DNA of 64,000 nt. Origin: a virus. Under the pieces are notes generated by a model. It was not told where the DNA came from. It was given only the letters and a program-made list of their open reading frames with translations, and searched no databases. A program made the translations under genes and the position numbers. Position 1 is the first letter of the stretch. Each line of letters begins with the position of its first letter. The stretch spans positions 19,577 through 83,576 of IMG/VR virus record IMGVR_UViG_3300048999_000173, one strand, 5' to 3'. Shown one piece after another: positions 10,155 through 20,311 of the stretch.

Positions 10155-10592
10155 TCACGCACCCGGATGCGACCGGAACCACGCCACCATCCGCTGCAAC
10201 GGCAACCCCACCGCCAGCATGTTCCCCCTCCCCGCCAGGTTGTCCCGACCGTAGTGATCGGCCTGCGCATCCGCCTGGCCCACGTACCCGATGGGCTCCG
10301 CATACACCGTGGCGTCCGCCGCCTTCATCGCATCCCGCACCCGGTCGGCCGCCGCCAGCTTCCGCGTCATGAACGCCTGACAGTCCGCCGCGTCCGTACA
10401 CCCCGGCGCCACCACCTCCTGATACGCCGCCAACGCCTCACGCGGCGACAACGCGGCCGCAGACGAGGCCGCGGCCGACACGGACGCAGACGACCCAGCG
10501 CCCGCCGTCTCGTCCCCGCCACTGCTCGAGCAGCCCGCCACCAACACCCCCACGACCACCGCACACACGGCCGCCGCCCCCCTCACACCCAT
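10155..10592 (-). CDS. lipoprotein
   Basis: Signal peptide with lipobox LVAG-C, S/A linker, Cys pair. Confidence 0.7.
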   Translation of the reverse strand: MGVRGAAAVCAVVVGVLVAGCSSSGGDETAGAGSSASVSAAASSAAALSPREALAAYQEVVAPGCTDAADCQAFMTRKLAAADRVRDAMKAADATVYAEPIGYVGQADAQADHYGRDNLAGRGNMLAVGLPLQRMVAWFRSHPGA

Positions 10593-10630
10593 ACGTCTCA
10601 TCCGCGCAGGATGACCCCACACCCCGGCCA

Positions 10631-10680
10631 GGGGGAACACACAGGCGGAAATCGGCGATCATTCGACACAGGCGCGGGGC
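10631..10680 (+). promoter_or_regulatory. late promoter-like motif upstream of terS
   Basis: GGGGGAACAC...CAGGCGCGGGGC, same spacing as the copy at 14851. Confidence 0.55.
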
Positions 10681-10714
10681 CGACAACCACACACCGAGCG
10701 GGAGCCCCACCGCC

Positions 10715-11272
10715 ATGGCCTGGTCGAAATACAAGCTGGACGAAGTCATCGTCCGCCGCACCAAACTCCTCGAGCTGCGCCGCCAAGGCGTCCGATACGA
10801 CGACGAGCGCATCGAGAAGCTCGGCTACAGCAGCCCCGGCGCCGCCCGCAAAGACCTCGCACGCGCCCTCGAAGCCCACCGCGACGAGGAAGCCGCCGAG
10901 GTCGGCATCTACCGGCAGCAGGAGAACGAACGCCTCGACGCCCTTCTCGAGGCCGTATGGTCGCGCGCCACCACCCTCTCACCCGTCCTCGATAAGGAAG
11001 GCGAGGTCATAGACCACGTCCTGGACGTGAAGGCCGTCGACACCGTGCTGCGCCTCATGGACCGCCGCGCCAAACTCAACGGCCTTGACATGCCCGTCAA
11101 GGCGGAACTGTCCGGGCCCAACGGAGGCGCCCTGAGGATCGGGCCGGCCGGAATCGATGAACTGAACAAGCTGATCAACATGGCTGGCGACCCCGACGCC
11201 GAAGACGACGCCCCGGTCGAAGACGAAGAACTGGAAGACGGCGACGTGGATGACGACGGCGACCACACCTGA
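10715..11272 (+). CDS. terminase small subunit
   Basis: N-terminal HTH (LELRRQGVRYDD..IEKLGYSS), RRAKLNGLDMPVKAELSGPNGG; overlaps terL. Confidence 0.8.
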   Translation: MAWSKYKLDEVIVRRTKLLELRRQGVRYDDERIEKLGYSSPGAARKDLARALEAHRDEEAAEVGIYRQQENERLDALLEAVWSRATTLSPVLDKEGEVIDHVLDVKAVDTVLRLMDRRAKLNGLDMPVKAELSGPNGGALRIGPAGIDELNKLINMAGDPDAEDDAPVEDEELEDGDVDDDGDHT

Positions 11273-12866
11273 CCAGTGGGACGGCCTCGAAGAACACGAA
11301 GTCGTCCAAGAGGCCGAAGCCCTCCTCCAACTCGTCGCCCGCTACCGGCGCCTCAACCGCGCCCAACGCCGCCGCATCGCCTTCCAGGCCAGCCCCGAAG
11401 TCCGCAGCGTCCTGGCCCAGGTCGAGTGCGACATGGCGCTCGAGCGATCCCCCGGCTCGATGGCCGCAGTCCTCACCGACGGACGCGAAAAGCAGGCCCG
11501 CCACCTCGACCTGATCGACCGAGTGTTCCGCGACATCGCCCGCGGCCACTCCCGCAAGGTCCTCATCACCATGCCCCCACGGCACGGCAAGTCCCGCCGC
11601 GCCGCCCGCTGGGCCCCCCTGTGGTTCCTGTCCCGGCACCCCGACCGCCGCGTAATGATCGCCTCCTACAGTGCCGACCTCGCCGACGACCACGGCCGGT
11701 GGATCCGCGACGCGATCGTCTCCTACGGCCCCCAACTCGGCCTCGCCCTCCACGCCGGATCCAAGGCCGCCAACCGCTTCGACCTCGCCGACCCCGAGAC
11801 CGGAGAACGCCTCGAAGGCGGCCTCGTCACCGCAGGCGTCGGCGGAGGCCTCACCGGCAAGGGCGCCCACCTCGCGATCGTCGACGACCCCATCAAGGAC
11901 GCCGCAGACGCCGAATCACCCACCATGCGCAAACGGCTGTGGGAGTGGTGGACATCCGTCCTCAACACCCGCGTCGAACCCGGCGGATCCATCATCGTCA
12001 TCCAGACCAGATGGCACGAAAAGGACCTCGCCGGCCGCATCCTCGAAGGCGAAGACGCCTCCGACTGGACCGTCATCGACCTGCCCGCGATCTGCGACAG
12101 CGAAGACGACCCCCTGGGCCGGGAGATCGGACAGCCGCTGTGGCCCATCCGATACGGCCTCAAAGCCCTCGAGAAGATCCGGCGCGCGGTCGGGGAACGC
12201 GTCTGGTGGTCCCTCTTCCAGCAGAAGCCACGCCCCCTCGAAGGCGGCGTGTGGAAGTGGCCATGGATCACCGACAACCGGATCAGTGCCGAGCGCTACC
12301 GGGCTGTCGACCTTTCGCGCACCGTCGTCGCCGTCGACCAGGCCGGAGGCGAGGGCGACACCCACGACGAGACCGGCATCATCGGCGCCGGCCGGACCAC
12401 CGACGGCAACATGTACGTCCTCGCCGACCGGTCGGCGAACATGGGCGCGGACACGTGGGGGCACGTAGCGTGCCGCCTGGCCATCGAGCTGAAGGCCGAC
12501 GCGTTCGTCGTCGAAGACAACTTCGGCGGCGACCAGTCCTCCCAGATCATCCGTCAGGCTTGGCGTGACCTGCAACGATCCGGGGAGACGGAGGGCCTCA
12601 TCATGCCCCTGATCATCCCCGTGCACGCCAAGCAGGGTAAGAAGCTTCGCGCCGAACCCATCGGCCAACTCGCTGCGCAGGCCCTCATCCACCACGTCGG
12701 CGAGTTCCCCCGCCTCGAAGGCCAGTTGGTCACCTGGATACCCGGCATGGATTCCCCGGACCGTATGGACGCCTACGTTCACGCCCTCACCGAACTTGCC
12801 GACCCTGCGCAAGAGGGCATCGGCGCTCAGCAGTATTCCGACCAGCGCCTCCGAGGCCGCCGCTGA
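11250..12866 (+). CDS. terL: terminase large subunit
   Basis: MPPRHGKS Walker A, IVDDPIKD Walker B, TRWH, nuclease VAVDQA...DETGII...SPDRMDA. Confidence 0.95.
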   Translation: MTTATTPDQWDGLEEHEVVQEAEALLQLVARYRRLNRAQRRRIAFQASPEVRSVLAQVECDMALERSPGSMAAVLTDGREKQARHLDLIDRVFRDIARGHSRKVLITMPPRHGKSRRAARWAPLWFLSRHPDRRVMIASYSADLADDHGRWIRDAIVSYGPQLGLALHAGSKAANRFDLADPETGERLEGGLVTAGVGGGLTGKGAHLAIVDDPIKDAADAESPTMRKRLWEWWTSVLNTRVEPGGSIIVIQTRWHEKDLAGRILEGEDASDWTVIDLPAICDSEDDPLGREIGQPLWPIRYGLKALEKIRRAVGERVWWSLFQQKPRPLEGGVWKWPWITDNRISAERYRAVDLSRTVVAVDQAGGEGDTHDETGIIGAGRTTDGNMYVLADRSANMGADTWGHVACRLAIELKADAFVVEDNFGGDQSSQIIRQAWRDLQRSGETEGLIMPLIIPVHAKQGKKLRAEPIGQLAAQALIHHVGEFPRLEGQLVTWIPGMDSPDRMDAYVHALTELADPAQEGIGAQQYSDQRLRGRR

Positions 12867-12883
12867 CGGCCACCGATCCAGCA

Positions 12884-12935
12884 GGGGGAAGCACATCGCC
12901 CCGCGCCCGTACTCTGATCACAGGCGCGGGGCCTG
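12884..12935 (+). promoter_or_regulatory. late promoter-like motif upstream of portal
   Basis: GGGGGAAGCAC...CGTACTCTGATCA CAGGCGCGGGGCCTG. Confidence 0.55.
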
Positions 12936-12956
12936 CACACGGTGAGGGAGCACGTA

Positions 12957-14867
12957 GTGGGCCTGCGCGAGGTCGTCATTCACGCCTGGTCGTGGCTGAA
13001 CTACAAGCCCGTCTACTCCGGCCACGACGGCGACGGCATGCCCAACCGGCGGGCCTTCCCCGAGTCCACCGCCATGTGGGTCCCCGAAGAGGACCAGAAA
13101 CGCCTCGCCGCCTACAAGCTCCTCGCCGCCTACGACAACAACCAGTCCGCGGAACTCTCCGAGGTGTCCGGCGACCTGCACGCCCGTGAGCGGCGCGAGT
13201 TCGGCGACCCCTCCATGTACGTGGAGACCGTCATGTCCCACGTCCTTGGCCGCGAGCAGACCATCACCGTGCCCGGCGCCGACCACGAGGGTGACACCCC
13301 CACCCCCGACGAGGCGATGGCCGCCCGCATTGAGGAACTCCTGCGGGAGTGGGCGGAGGACGAGCAGCTGGCCATGCGGGTCCAGCAGTGCGAACGCAAG
13401 GCTGTCAGCCTCGGCGACGGCGTCTACCGGGTCGCGTGGGAGCCCGGCCGTATGCGGCCCACCGTCCGCGTCCACGACCCCGGCTTCTACTTCCCCGTGC
13501 TGCCCGAAGACGGCGACGCCGGCGACTACCCCACCCGCGTCCACTTCGCGTGGGAACTCCCCGCCGACGAACGCCGCGGCCTGAAGGCGCGGCTGCGGCG
13601 CATCACCTACGAACTGGACTGGATCGGCCCCGCGACCGGCTCCGGCGTCGACGAGCAAGGCCGCGCCGTGCGCGCCCCGCTCCCGCCCGACGAACCCGCC
13701 CTGGACATGCCGGACAACGAGGTGCCGCCGCCCCCGATCACCCCCGGCGACGTGTACTACCCGGCCACCGGCGCCATCGCCCGCCAGTACCCGTGGAACG
13801 ACACCCCCTCCTACGTCACCTGCTACCTCACCGACGCCACCTGGCAGTTGGAGGACCTGAAGGGCGCCCCCGACGTCGATTCCCTCCCGCTGTCGTCGGC
13901 GACGTTCGCGACCCGCGCGGACGGAGAGGTCCTCGACCACCTCGACCTGATGATCGACTTCGTTCCGGTGGTCCACCTCCCCAACACCGTCCCCCCGGCA
14001 GAAGAGCACTGGGGGCAGAGCAGCCTCGCCAAGGTCCTGCAGATCTTCGACGAACTCACCTCGTCCGACACCGACTCCGCGAAAGCCTCCGCCACCACCG
14101 GTGCCCCCATGATCGGGCTGTGGGGCAAGGCCGCCGGCTCCAGCATGGAAGCCCACCAGGTCACACCGGGCATGCTCCTGAAACTCGGCGAGAACGGCGG
14201 TATGACCGCCCTCGACACCAGCAAGAACCTCGCCGAACTCCGCAACCACATCCACGACCTGTCCGACCGCGCCGCGAAGGTTGCCCGCCTGCCCGCCGTC
14301 GCGCTCGGCACCGTCGACCCCTCTCTCGTACCGTCCGGGTACGCCCTGGAGATCTCCCTCGGCCCGCTGGACGCCCTCATCGCCTCCATGCGGCTGGCCC
14401 GTGACCACAAGTACGCGCTGCTCCTGAAGATGGTGCAGCGCCTCTACCTGGCCGGACAGCACCCCGACTGGGCGGGCATCACGCCGATGCCCGCGCGCCT
14501 CGCGTTCGGCTCCTACAAGCCGACCGACAAGGCTGCCGTCCTCGAGCAGGTCACCACCGGCGTCGACAAGGGCGTCATCTCCCTGGAGACCGGCCTGAAA
14601 ATGCTCGAGGAGGCCGGCTTCCCCATCGACGACATCCCGGCGGAGATCGAACGCATCCAGTCCCGCCAGTTCGAAAAGGCCCGCACCCTCGCCGACGCCA
14701 CTGGAGACACCCAACTGGTCGGCGACTTCCTCGGGGTGAAGGTCAACGAACCCGACCCGGCGCCCGCACCACAACTCCCCGCCACACCCGGCGACCGGAA
14801 CTCGGCCGCGCCCGCTACAGCGGCAGCCGGACAGGCAGGGCAACAGGACGGGGGGAACACTCCGTGA
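12957..14867 (+). CDS. portal protein
   Basis: Follows terL; SLGDGVY, HWGQSSL, PSGYAL motifs typical of portals. Confidence 0.85.
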   Translation: MGLREVVIHAWSWLNYKPVYSGHDGDGMPNRRAFPESTAMWVPEEDQKRLAAYKLLAAYDNNQSAELSEVSGDLHARERREFGDPSMYVETVMSHVLGREQTITVPGADHEGDTPTPDEAMAARIEELLREWAEDEQLAMRVQQCERKAVSLGDGVYRVAWEPGRMRPTVRVHDPGFYFPVLPEDGDAGDYPTRVHFAWELPADERRGLKARLRRITYELDWIGPATGSGVDEQGRAVRAPLPPDEPALDMPDNEVPPPPITPGDVYYPATGAIARQYPWNDTPSYVTCYLTDATWQLEDLKGAPDVDSLPLSSATFATRADGEVLDHLDLMIDFVPVVHLPNTVPPAEEHWGQSSLAKVLQIFDELTSSDTDSAKASATTGAPMIGLWGKAAGSSMEAHQVTPGMLLKLGENGGMTALDTSKNLAELRNHIHDLSDRAAKVARLPAVALGTVDPSLVPSGYALEISLGPLDALIASMRLARDHKYALLLKMVQRLYLAGQHPDWAGITPMPARLAFGSYKPTDKAAVLEQVTTGVDKGVISLETGLKMLEEAGFPIDDIPAEIERIQSRQFEKARTLADATGDTQLVGDFLGVKVNEPDPAPAPQLPATPGDRNSAAPATAAAGQAGQQDGGNTP

Positions 14868-14904
14868 GATCTGTGCTGGACTTGATCTCAGGCGCGGGGC
14901 CTGA
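14851..14904 (+). promoter_or_regulatory. late promoter-like motif upstream of scaffold
   Basis: GGGGGAACAC...GATCTCAGGCGCGGGGCCTGA. Confidence 0.55.
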
Positions 14905-14929
14905 ACTGTCCTTGGGAGGACTGTCCCCG

Positions 14930-15721
14930 ATGCGTCGCCCCGCGCAGCACCACCTCGGCCCCATCGCTCGCACCTGGGCCCACCCCTACCACGGGGTGGC
15001 AGGCCTCGCCGTGTTCTACAACGACGGCGGCCAGAACCCGGCGGTGCCCCCGGTGGTACCCCCGGCTACTGACCCGGCCGCCGGAGACCCCCCCAAGCCG
15101 GGACCGCCCGCCGCCCGCACCTTCACCCAGGCCGAAGTCGAAGCACTCGCCGCCCGGGAGAAGGCTCAGGGCAAGCGGTCGGCCGCCAAGGAGTTCGCCG
15201 AGAAGCACGGCTTCAGCACCATCGAGGACGCTGAGGCGTTCATCGCCACCGCCCGCAAGGCGCAAGAGGACGCCCTGTCTGAGCAGGAGCGCGCCCAGAA
15301 GCAGCTCGAGGACGACCGTGCCCGCGTGGAGTCCGAACGGACCACGCTGGCCGCTGAACGCCGCACCCTGCGACGTGAGCAGGCCCTTGCCCGCCTTGGG
15401 GCCGTCGACATCACCGACGAGCAGGGGCAGGTCGTCCCCAACCTGGCGGACGCGCTCGCCATGCTGGACCGGGACCTCAGCGCAACCCCCGACGCCGACG
15501 AACAGACGGTCACAGAAGCCGCCACCAGGCTGAAAGCCCGCCGCCCCGAACTCTTCGGCGCACCTGCCACCGTTCCGGCCGCCGGGCAGATGCCGCCCGC
15601 GCCGGGCGGGGCCCCAGCCGGCGGCCCGCCCCCGCGGCAGACGCCCGCAGGGAAGCCCGGAGACCGCGGACGGGAGATGGCACGCCTGCGCGGCCACGTC
15701 CGCGACAGCAAAGCCGCATAG
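14930..15721 (+). CDS. capsid scaffolding protein
   Basis: RTFTQAEVE motif, coiled coil, RPELF, Pro-rich ends; GGGAGGA RBS. Confidence 0.8.
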   Translation: MRRPAQHHLGPIARTWAHPYHGVAGLAVFYNDGGQNPAVPPVVPPATDPAAGDPPKPGPPAARTFTQAEVEALAAREKAQGKRSAAKEFAEKHGFSTIEDAEAFIATARKAQEDALSEQERAQKQLEDDRARVESERTTLAAERRTLRREQALARLGAVDITDEQGQVVPNLADALAMLDRDLSATPDADEQTVTEAATRLKARRPELFGAPATVPAAGQMPPAPGGAPAGGPPPRQTPAGKPGDRGREMARLRGHVRDSKAA

Positions 15722-15833
15722 ACCACCCCGGCCCACCCCGGGCCGGGTTAATGGGACCACGCCCTCTCCACGTGGACGCGCACCCCCGGGGTGCCGCTGT
15801 CACCGCACCCCCGCAGTTCACCAGGAGAAGGCC

Positions 15834-16583
15834 GTGAACGACTTCCAGCCCTACTCCTACACGGACAGCGTCACCGCCGACCGGCCGTGGCTCGCGTCCC
15901 TGGTAGGAGTCCAGGACACCAACAGCATCACCCTCGACCTGACCAAGTTCACGCAGGGCACCCACTACGTGACCTCCGCGAACCCGGCCCTGCAGGGCCG
16001 CAACGTCATGAAGTCCGGCATCCCGCTGGGCAAACTCAACTCCTCCGGCCTCTACGCCCCGTACTCGGGGCCCCGGTCCGAGGTCCAGACCGTCACCATC
16101 ACCGGCGGCCCCACCGGCGGGACCTACACCCTGACCTTCTCGGGTCAGACCACCGCCGCGATCCCGTACAACGCGACCGCCGCCCAGGTGAAGACCGCGC
16201 TGGAGGCCCTGTCCAACGTGGCGGTCGGGGAGGTCGCCGTTTCCGGTGGCCCGCACCCCGGCACGGCGATCGTCGTCACGTTCGGCGGCCAGTACATGGG
16301 CGACGACGTTCCCCAGATGACCGCCACCAGTTCCCTCACCGGCGGCACCAGCCCGGCCGTCGCCGTGGCCACCACCACCGCGGGCGGCGGCGCCTCTGCG
16401 TCCGACGGCAGCGAGGTCCTCGCCGGATTCCTCGTCTCGGAGATCAGCTTCAACCCGACCTCCGTCAAGGCGGCCGGCGCACTGCTGTGGCGCGGCGAGG
16501 TCTTCGCCGACCAGTGCCCCATCCCGTTCGACCCCACCGACGTCGCGTCCACCGCGCCCGGCGTCAACATCCACTACCGGTAA
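15834..16583 (+). CDS. head decoration protein with ~100-aa inserted beta-rich domain
   Basis: KSGIPLGK..SGLYAPY [insert] SDGSEVLAGFL; precedes major capsid gene. Confidence 0.8.
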   Translation: MNDFQPYSYTDSVTADRPWLASLVGVQDTNSITLDLTKFTQGTHYVTSANPALQGRNVMKSGIPLGKLNSSGLYAPYSGPRSEVQTVTITGGPTGGTYTLTFSGQTTAAIPYNATAAQVKTALEALSNVAVGEVAVSGGPHPGTAIVVTFGGQYMGDDVPQMTATSSLTGGTSPAVAVATTTAGGGASASDGSEVLAGFLVSEISFNPTSVKAAGALLWRGEVFADQCPIPFDPTDVASTAPGVNIHYR

Positions 16584-16602
16584 GTAGAAGGAGCCGACCA
16601 CC

Positions 16603-17649
16603 ATGGAAGCTCTCGAGCTCCTCCTGCGGGACACCAACGACACCGACCTGACGGTGTTCGCCCGGGCCATGTACACCCCGGCGAACTACCGCCTCACCCG
16701 GGAGATCCTTCCGGAGTTCCCCATCCAGGGCGTCAAGTTCCGCACCACGTCCGCGAAGCGGCGCGTCAACGCGGCCAAGTTCCGCGCCTACGACGCACCG
16801 ACCGCGCTCGCCAAGCGCCAGGCGGAACGAGTCGTCAACGAGGGCATGCTGCCCGCCCTCGGCCAGACCCTCCCCATCACCGAGATGGACCAGATCCTGC
16901 TGGACGTCGGCCGCGGGGCCGACACCCAGCAGTACATCGACCTGCTCTACTCGGACGTCGAACGGCACGTCGAGTCCATCAAGACCGCGCAGGAGATCGC
17001 TGCCGGCCAGCTCCTGGCCACCGGCAGGGTCGACCTGCCCGGCATCGGCCTGGACGTCAACTGGAACGTCCCCTCGGCGAACATGCCCACCGCCGGAGTG
17101 CTTTGGGACCAGCCGACCGCCACCCCGCTGTCTGACGAGCGCGCGTGGATCGACTACCTCGTCGACTCCGGCGCCCCCGCGCCGAAGGAGGTCCTCACCT
17201 CCCGGCGCGCCCGCTCCATGCTGGCCTCCAACGCTGAGTATCAGATGGCCTTCTACGGGCAGAACTCCGCCAACAACCCGGGCACCACGCTGTCGCCGCT
17301 CGAGGTCGACGCCGTGCGCGCCCGCTTCGGCCTCCCGCCGATCGTCATCTACGACGTCCAGGTGTGGAACGACGACGTCTACCAGCGGGTCATCCCGGAC
17401 AACAAGTGGATCCTCATCCCCGACGTCCCGGCGTCGGAGTGGGCGCAGACGCAGTACGGCGTCACCCGCGAGGCCGCGAAGTTCACCTCCGGCACCAACC
17501 CGGCCCTCACCCGCGAAGAGGCCCCCGGCATCGTCGTCGTCACCAAGGTCGAGGACGACCCGGTGCAGATCTACACCCGAGGCGCCGCGATCGGCATGCC
17601 GGTCCTCTACGTCCCGGACATTCACATCTCCGCCACCGTCCTGGGGTGA
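16603..17649 (+). CDS. major capsid protein (lambda gpE-like)
   Basis: 348 aa, AAKFRAYDAPT, EIAAGQLLATG, DDPVQIYTRGAAIGMPV. Confidence 0.9.
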   Translation: MEALELLLRDTNDTDLTVFARAMYTPANYRLTREILPEFPIQGVKFRTTSAKRRVNAAKFRAYDAPTALAKRQAERVVNEGMLPALGQTLPITEMDQILLDVGRGADTQQYIDLLYSDVERHVESIKTAQEIAAGQLLATGRVDLPGIGLDVNWNVPSANMPTAGVLWDQPTATPLSDERAWIDYLVDSGAPAPKEVLTSRRARSMLASNAEYQMAFYGQNSANNPGTTLSPLEVDAVRARFGLPPIVIYDVQVWNDDVYQRVIPDNKWILIPDVPASEWAQTQYGVTREAAKFTSGTNPALTREEAPGIVVVTKVEDDPVQIYTRGAAIGMPVLYVPDIHISATVLG

Positions 17650-17655
17650 CGCGCC

Positions 17656-17985
17656 ATGCCCAAGCTGATCACGGCCGTGTTCGTACGGGACCCTGACCGG
17701 CACCGCACGGTCCTCCTGCAGCCCGGCGAGGAACCGGAGCCGCGTCTCGCAGCCCTGGTGACCAACCCGGACTGCTGGGAGGACGGGAAGCTGCCCGAGC
17801 CCGTGGAAGCACCCGACGGCGACAACACCGACGGTGACTCCGCGGACGACAGCAGCAAGCCCGAAGCCGATCCGGAGACCGACAAGGCCGCCCCTGCGGC
17901 CAAGAAACCGGCCGCGCGCAAGCCAGCGGCCCCCAAGCCGGCCCGGAGCCGGACCGCCGCTGCGGAGGGTGTCAGCGGCGAGTAG
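17656..17985 (+). CDS. post-capsid virion-associated protein
   Basis: LQPGEEPEPRLAALVTNPDCW plus acidic/K-A tail, typical of the gene after actinophage MCP. Confidence 0.7.
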   Translation: MPKLITAVFVRDPDRHRTVLLQPGEEPEPRLAALVTNPDCWEDGKLPEPVEAPDGDNTDGDSADDSSKPEADPETDKAAPAAKKPAARKPAAPKPARSRTAAAEGVSGE

Positions 17986-17986
17986 T

Positions 17987-18039
17987 CGGATGCGGGCCCG
18001 CCCCTGTGGTGGGGGCGCCAACCGGCGGGCCCGCATCCG
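17987..18039 (+). terminator. 16-bp stem hairpin after the capsid genes
   Basis: CGGATGCGGGCCCGCC / GGCGGGCCCGCATCCG. Confidence 0.65.
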
Positions 18040-18071
18040 CTATCCCCTCATCCGCCCCTGAGGAGGACCAG

Positions 18072-18398
18072 ATGGACGCTGCCGTCATGCCGTGGCTGCT
18101 CGCCCAACTCGGCACAGACACCGACCAGACCGACCTGACGGTCCGGTACCTGCGCCTCGGCACCGCGCGCGCCGTCGCCCTCGAAGTCCTGCGGGAGCGC
18201 CTTGCCGAACTACGGGCCAACCCCACTGCGATCTCCGTGTCCAGCGTCGTCCTGGTCAACTACACCGCGAACCTTGCCGCCTACGAGCGGCAGATCGCCC
18301 TGCTGGAAGACGGCGACCCGACCGCACCCGACGACCCGCCGGGTAGCGGCCGTTACGCCATCGGCTACCTCCAGCTCGTCGAACGCCGCCGCCGATGA
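18072..18398 (+). CDS. head-tail adaptor
   Basis: GAGGAGG RBS, helical ~108 aa, synteny. Confidence 0.65.
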   Translation: MDAAVMPWLLAQLGTDTDQTDLTVRYLRLGTARAVALEVLRERLAELRANPTAISVSSVVLVNYTANLAAYERQIALLEDGDPTAPDDPPGSGRYAIGYLQLVERRRR

Positions 18399-19243
18399 CG
18401 ACCCCGACCCGGCAGGCCACCGGCGACCGGTTGGAACTTCTCGCCCTCATCACCGCCACGACCGCCGAACTCGTACTGCAGTGGCATCGCCTTACCACCG
18501 CCCAGGACGCCCTGCTGCGCGCCCTGGAACGGCTCCGCCCCGGCCTCGGCTCCACCACCCGCATCCGCGGCATCGTCGCCGACTTCAACACCCAGGTAGG
18601 CGAGTTCGACCGCCTCGCCCGCGCGGTCGCCGTGCGCTGGGCCGGCCAGGACCTGCCCGTCGCCTACCGCGACGGAGCCCTGCGCGCCCTGCGGCAGGCG
18701 TCCGCCGACATCACCCTGTTCCAGTGGACCGCCGACCACCAAGCCGCGCTCACCGCGCTGACCGCCACCTTCTACACCGACCTCATCAGTCGCATCCAGG
18801 AGACCGTGCGGCGCGCCCAAGCCTTCGCCCGCGCCGCCCAGGAAGCCGCCCGCGAGGTCACCCTGGGCCGCAACCACTCCGGGATGGACTCCGCCCGCCT
18901 GGCTGCCGAGCATCCACTGGGCACCATCATCTACGCCGACCAGGCCCGCCACCCGATCAAGTCGTGGGCCGCGTCGGCGCTCACCTACCAGGGAGCGGTG
19001 ACGGCCAACCACGGAGCCATCAACACCGGCCGCCTCGAGCTGGACGCCAGCTGGTTCGAATGCACTGACGGACCGGAGTGCGGGTTCGTATCCCATCAGG
19101 ACACCGATCACGCCAGTGGCACCATCCGGTCAGCCGACGATGCAGCCGCCTACCCGGTCGCGCACCACGGATGCATCCGCTCCTGGACACCCCGCCCCGA
19201 CCTCAACGGCCGAAACGACCTCGTCTCCGGAGACTCCGCATGA
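18395..19243 (+). CDS. minor head / head-morphogenesis (MuF-like) protein
   Basis: C-terminal CTDGPECG...YPVAHHGCIRSW resembling the HPNCRC motif. Confidence 0.6.
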   Translation: MTTPTRQATGDRLELLALITATTAELVLQWHRLTTAQDALLRALERLRPGLGSTTRIRGIVADFNTQVGEFDRLARAVAVRWAGQDLPVAYRDGALRALRQASADITLFQWTADHQAALTALTATFYTDLISRIQETVRRAQAFARAAQEAAREVTLGRNHSGMDSARLAAEHPLGTIIYADQARHPIKSWAASALTYQGAVTANHGAINTGRLELDASWFECTDGPECGFVSHQDTDHASGTIRSADDAAAYPVAHHGCIRSWTPRPDLNGRNDLVSGDSA

Positions 19244-19476
19244 GCGACCAGCCGGTAGGGCCCATCCTCGATGGCCTCGGCAACACCCTCGAACTCGAAG
19301 ACGGCGACTTCGTCGTCTCAGCCCTCATCATCGCCAAGGTCGTCGATAAGAACGGCGAGGTCTCCCTCACCCTGAGCACCAGCGAGGGACTGTCCTGGAT
19401 CGATCAGCACGGCCTCCTTGCGTCCGCCCAACTGGTCGCCAACCAGTCGGAGATCGGAAGGAAGGGCGACGAATGA
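19240..19476 (+). CDS. hypothetical protein
   Basis: ATGA coupling on both sides. Confidence 0.65.
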   Translation: MSDQPVGPILDGLGNTLELEDGDFVVSALIIAKVVDKNGEVSLTLSTSEGLSWIDQHGLLASAQLVANQSEIGRKGDE

Positions 19477-19862
19477 CGACCCCACCAGAGCCGGCCGCCC
19501 ACGGCGTACGGATCGACGCGCAGCCCGGCGACGCCACCGTCACCATCGACGGCACCCCGCTGCCGCGCGGTCAGCTCACCGGATATGTCCTGCAGCACGA
19601 CATCCATCAGGCCCTGCCGTCGCTGATCCTGCACACCCGCCAGCCCGAATCCGTGCTGTTCGAAGGCCTCGCCACGGTCGCCGTAGCCGTCGACCAGAGC
19701 GACGCCACGGAGATGATGGTGCAGTTCCTGCAGGGCATCGACCCGGCGGCGCTCCAGCGGGTCGCTATGGACCGGGACGACCTGGACGACGGCAAGACCG
19801 GCGTCACGGAGGCCATCCTGCGGCAGTTGGTCGACTGGGTGCAGGGACAGGGTGGTTCCTGA
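19473..19862 (+). CDS. hypothetical protein
   Basis: 129 aa, coupled. Confidence 0.7.
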   Translation: MTTPPEPAAHGVRIDAQPGDATVTIDGTPLPRGQLTGYVLQHDIHQALPSLILHTRQPESVLFEGLATVAVAVDQSDATEMMVQFLQGIDPAALQRVAMDRDDLDDGKTGVTEAILRQLVDWVQGQGGS

Positions 19863-20311
19863 TGCCGGGCCTGGACCGCGCTCTCGCCAGCGTCACCAAG
19901 TGGATCGGCACCAACCTCCTCGTCGACACCGTGCGCGTCGAACTCCCCGCCGTCGGCAAGCCCGTCCTCAACGAGCAGACCGGTGTCCTCGAGCGCCCGC
20001 AGCGTGAGGTGCTCTATGAAGGCCCGGGCGCCGTCCAGGGCGGCACCGCGCAGTCGGAGATCTCCGCCACCCCGGGCGCGCTGCAGCCGTGGACGCAGGA
20101 GACAAAGTCCCGCTACCGCCTGTTCACCCCCCTCACCGCCCCTGTGTCGCCGAAGGACGCCATCGTCACCGTGGTCCAAGTCCACGACCCGGCTAACACC
20201 GCTCTCATCGGCCGCTCCTGGACGTGCCAAGATCCCGGCCGCGCGGCCACAGTGGAAGTCGTCCGCATCACCCCACTTGACCAGGACCAGGACCAGGGGG
20301 TGACGGGGTGA
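19862..20311 (+). CDS. head closure/stopper protein (DUF6093-like)
   Basis: LVDTVRV...VLYEGPGAVQ motif. Confidence 0.7.
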   Translation: MPGLDRALASVTKWIGTNLLVDTVRVELPAVGKPVLNEQTGVLERPQREVLYEGPGAVQGGTAQSEISATPGALQPWTQETKSRYRLFTPLTAPVSPKDAIVTVVQVHDPANTALIGRSWTCQDPGRAATVEVVRITPLDQDQDQGVTG

